From NCBI RefSeq assembly GCF_006345805.1, contig NC_043000.1:164424001-164488000 (forward strand): a stretch of 64,000 bases of DNA, in the 5' to 3' direction. This DNA comes from Octopus sinensis. Lineage: Eukaryota. Shown piece after piece: positions 62,480 through 64,000 of this stretch. Each line of letters opens with the position of its first letter. The first letter of the stretch is position 1. Position numbers and translations under genes: made by a program. The notes under the pieces were generated by a model. It saw only the letters and a program-made list of their open reading frames with translations. It searched no databases and had not been told where the DNA came from.

Positions 62480-64000
62480 TACATCATCCTCATCATTTAA
62501 CATCCATAGGTTGGATGGTTTGACTGGGCTGGCACACTGGAAGGCTGCACCACACTCCGGTCTGATTTGGCATGGTTTTCTATGGCTGGATGCCCTTCCT
62601 AACACCAACCACTCTGAGAGTGTAATGGGTGCTTTTACATAACATTTCAGTGACACTGGTATCTGCCACGACTGCAGTTTTGCTTGGCTTGATGGGTCTT
62701 CTCAAGCACGACATAATGCCAAAGGTCTTAGTCATTGCCTCTATGAGGCTCAACACTCAAAAGGAACTCAGCCACTTTGCCTCTGTGAGGCTCAAAGGTG
62801 TTCTTTACATGCCAGTTACCATGACTATGATTTCACTTGGCTTGACGGGACCTCTCAAGCACAGCACATTGCCAAAAATCTCAGTCACCAGTCATTGCCC
62901 CTGTGAGGCTCAAAGATCATGCTTCAGCACCTCAGCAAGAGTAGCAGCTCTCTGAACTTTGCTTTGCCTAATCTTATTCGCAGTTACGCTCTCCGAGCAT
63001 CCACCTCTACTACTAACTTGATCACCTAGATAATATCTAACTCTAGCTTGACCCCCCACCCCGGCAGTTTGATGGAGTCTATTTTCTGCACATTTTCAGC
63101 ATTTATTGTACCTGTGCATCTTCCACATACAAAAGCTAGTTTCCATGTTCACCTTCCTCTGATATTGTTGCACCTTTTGTGTCCAAAGCTTACACCAGGT
63201 ACATCTTATAGTTTCTACCAACACCTTTTCTACAGATCAAGCAGGGCCATCTACCTGAAGGGATTTGTGATTTGTCTACCTTCTTACTAAGACTCTGGTT
63301 TTTGCTAGGTTAACTCTAAGGTTAACTCTAGGTTAACTCTAGGTTAACTCAAAATCAGCCCTTTGCTTCCATACCTGGAACTTCTCTAGATCAGGTAGTG
63401 ATCTGGCTATAAGAGCAAGGTCATCAGTGTAGAGAAGCTTCCATGGGCAGCATGTCTTGAATTCTTTTGTTATTGCCTGGAGGACTTTGATGAATATGAG
63501 GGGGCTAAGCACTGATCCTTGGTGAACCCCTACTTGTACCCTGAATTCTTTGCTGTACTCATTACCAACTCTCACCTTACTGGTAGCATCTCTGTACATA
63601 GCTTGTACAACTCTCATGAACCACTCATCAATCCCTAATTTCTGCATTGACCACCAGATAAGGGATTAGGGGACCCTGTCAAAGGCTGTCTTCAAGCCAA
63701 CAATGGCCAAATACAGAGGTTTATCTTTGGCAAGGTTTTCTCCTGCAGCTGCCTTACCAAAAATATAGTATCAGTAGTGCTTCTACTTGACACAAAACCA
63801 AACTGCATCTCATCTAAGCTAACTTTCTCCCTAATTAACTGGACTATGACTCTCTCTGTAACTTTCATCACCTGATCCAGCAATTTGATACCTCCGTAAT
63901 TATTTCTAAGACATTGCCTTCACCTTTGTAGCAGTTGACTATGGTGCTACTACACCAGTCATTGGGTATGACTCCTTTGTGAACCACCTGATTTACAATA
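62480..64000 (-). mobile_element. RTE LINE RT region and 3' end (runs off the window)
   Basis: QFGFVSSRSTTDTIF, GVHQGSVLSP, YTDDLAL; 3' UTR and tail near 62480. Confidence 0.9.

Noticed and set aside
63305-63352. (ggttaactcta) x4 tandem
   Set aside because: Local slippage inside a dead RTE copy.

Overview
AT-rich, repeat-dense animal genomic DNA, most likely an octopus (coleoid cephalopod). This is inferred from the tRNA-derived SINE families, RTE/CR1 LINEs and long (TA)n tracts. One probable host gene is visible on the + strand: a 2.4-kb terminal coding exon (56208-58583, ~791 aa, C-terminal AT-hook), a candidate small upstream coding exon near 54.6 kb and a candidate 5' exon/promoter near 26.2-27.8 kb. 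The rest is mostly mobile DNA: a full-length, lightly mutated Helitron (38987-45116; STPR repeats, zinc finger, HUH Rep, Pif1 helicase) plus three other Helitron-derived pieces, three full-length mariners (one nearly intact with unusual DD35D spacing), a DD36E Tc1 fragment, a piggyBac fragment, several MITEs, many RTE/CR1 fragments and SINEs, and two hammerhead-ribozyme-like motifs. No database searches were possible. Family names rest on motif recognition, and boundaries of degenerate repeats are approximate.
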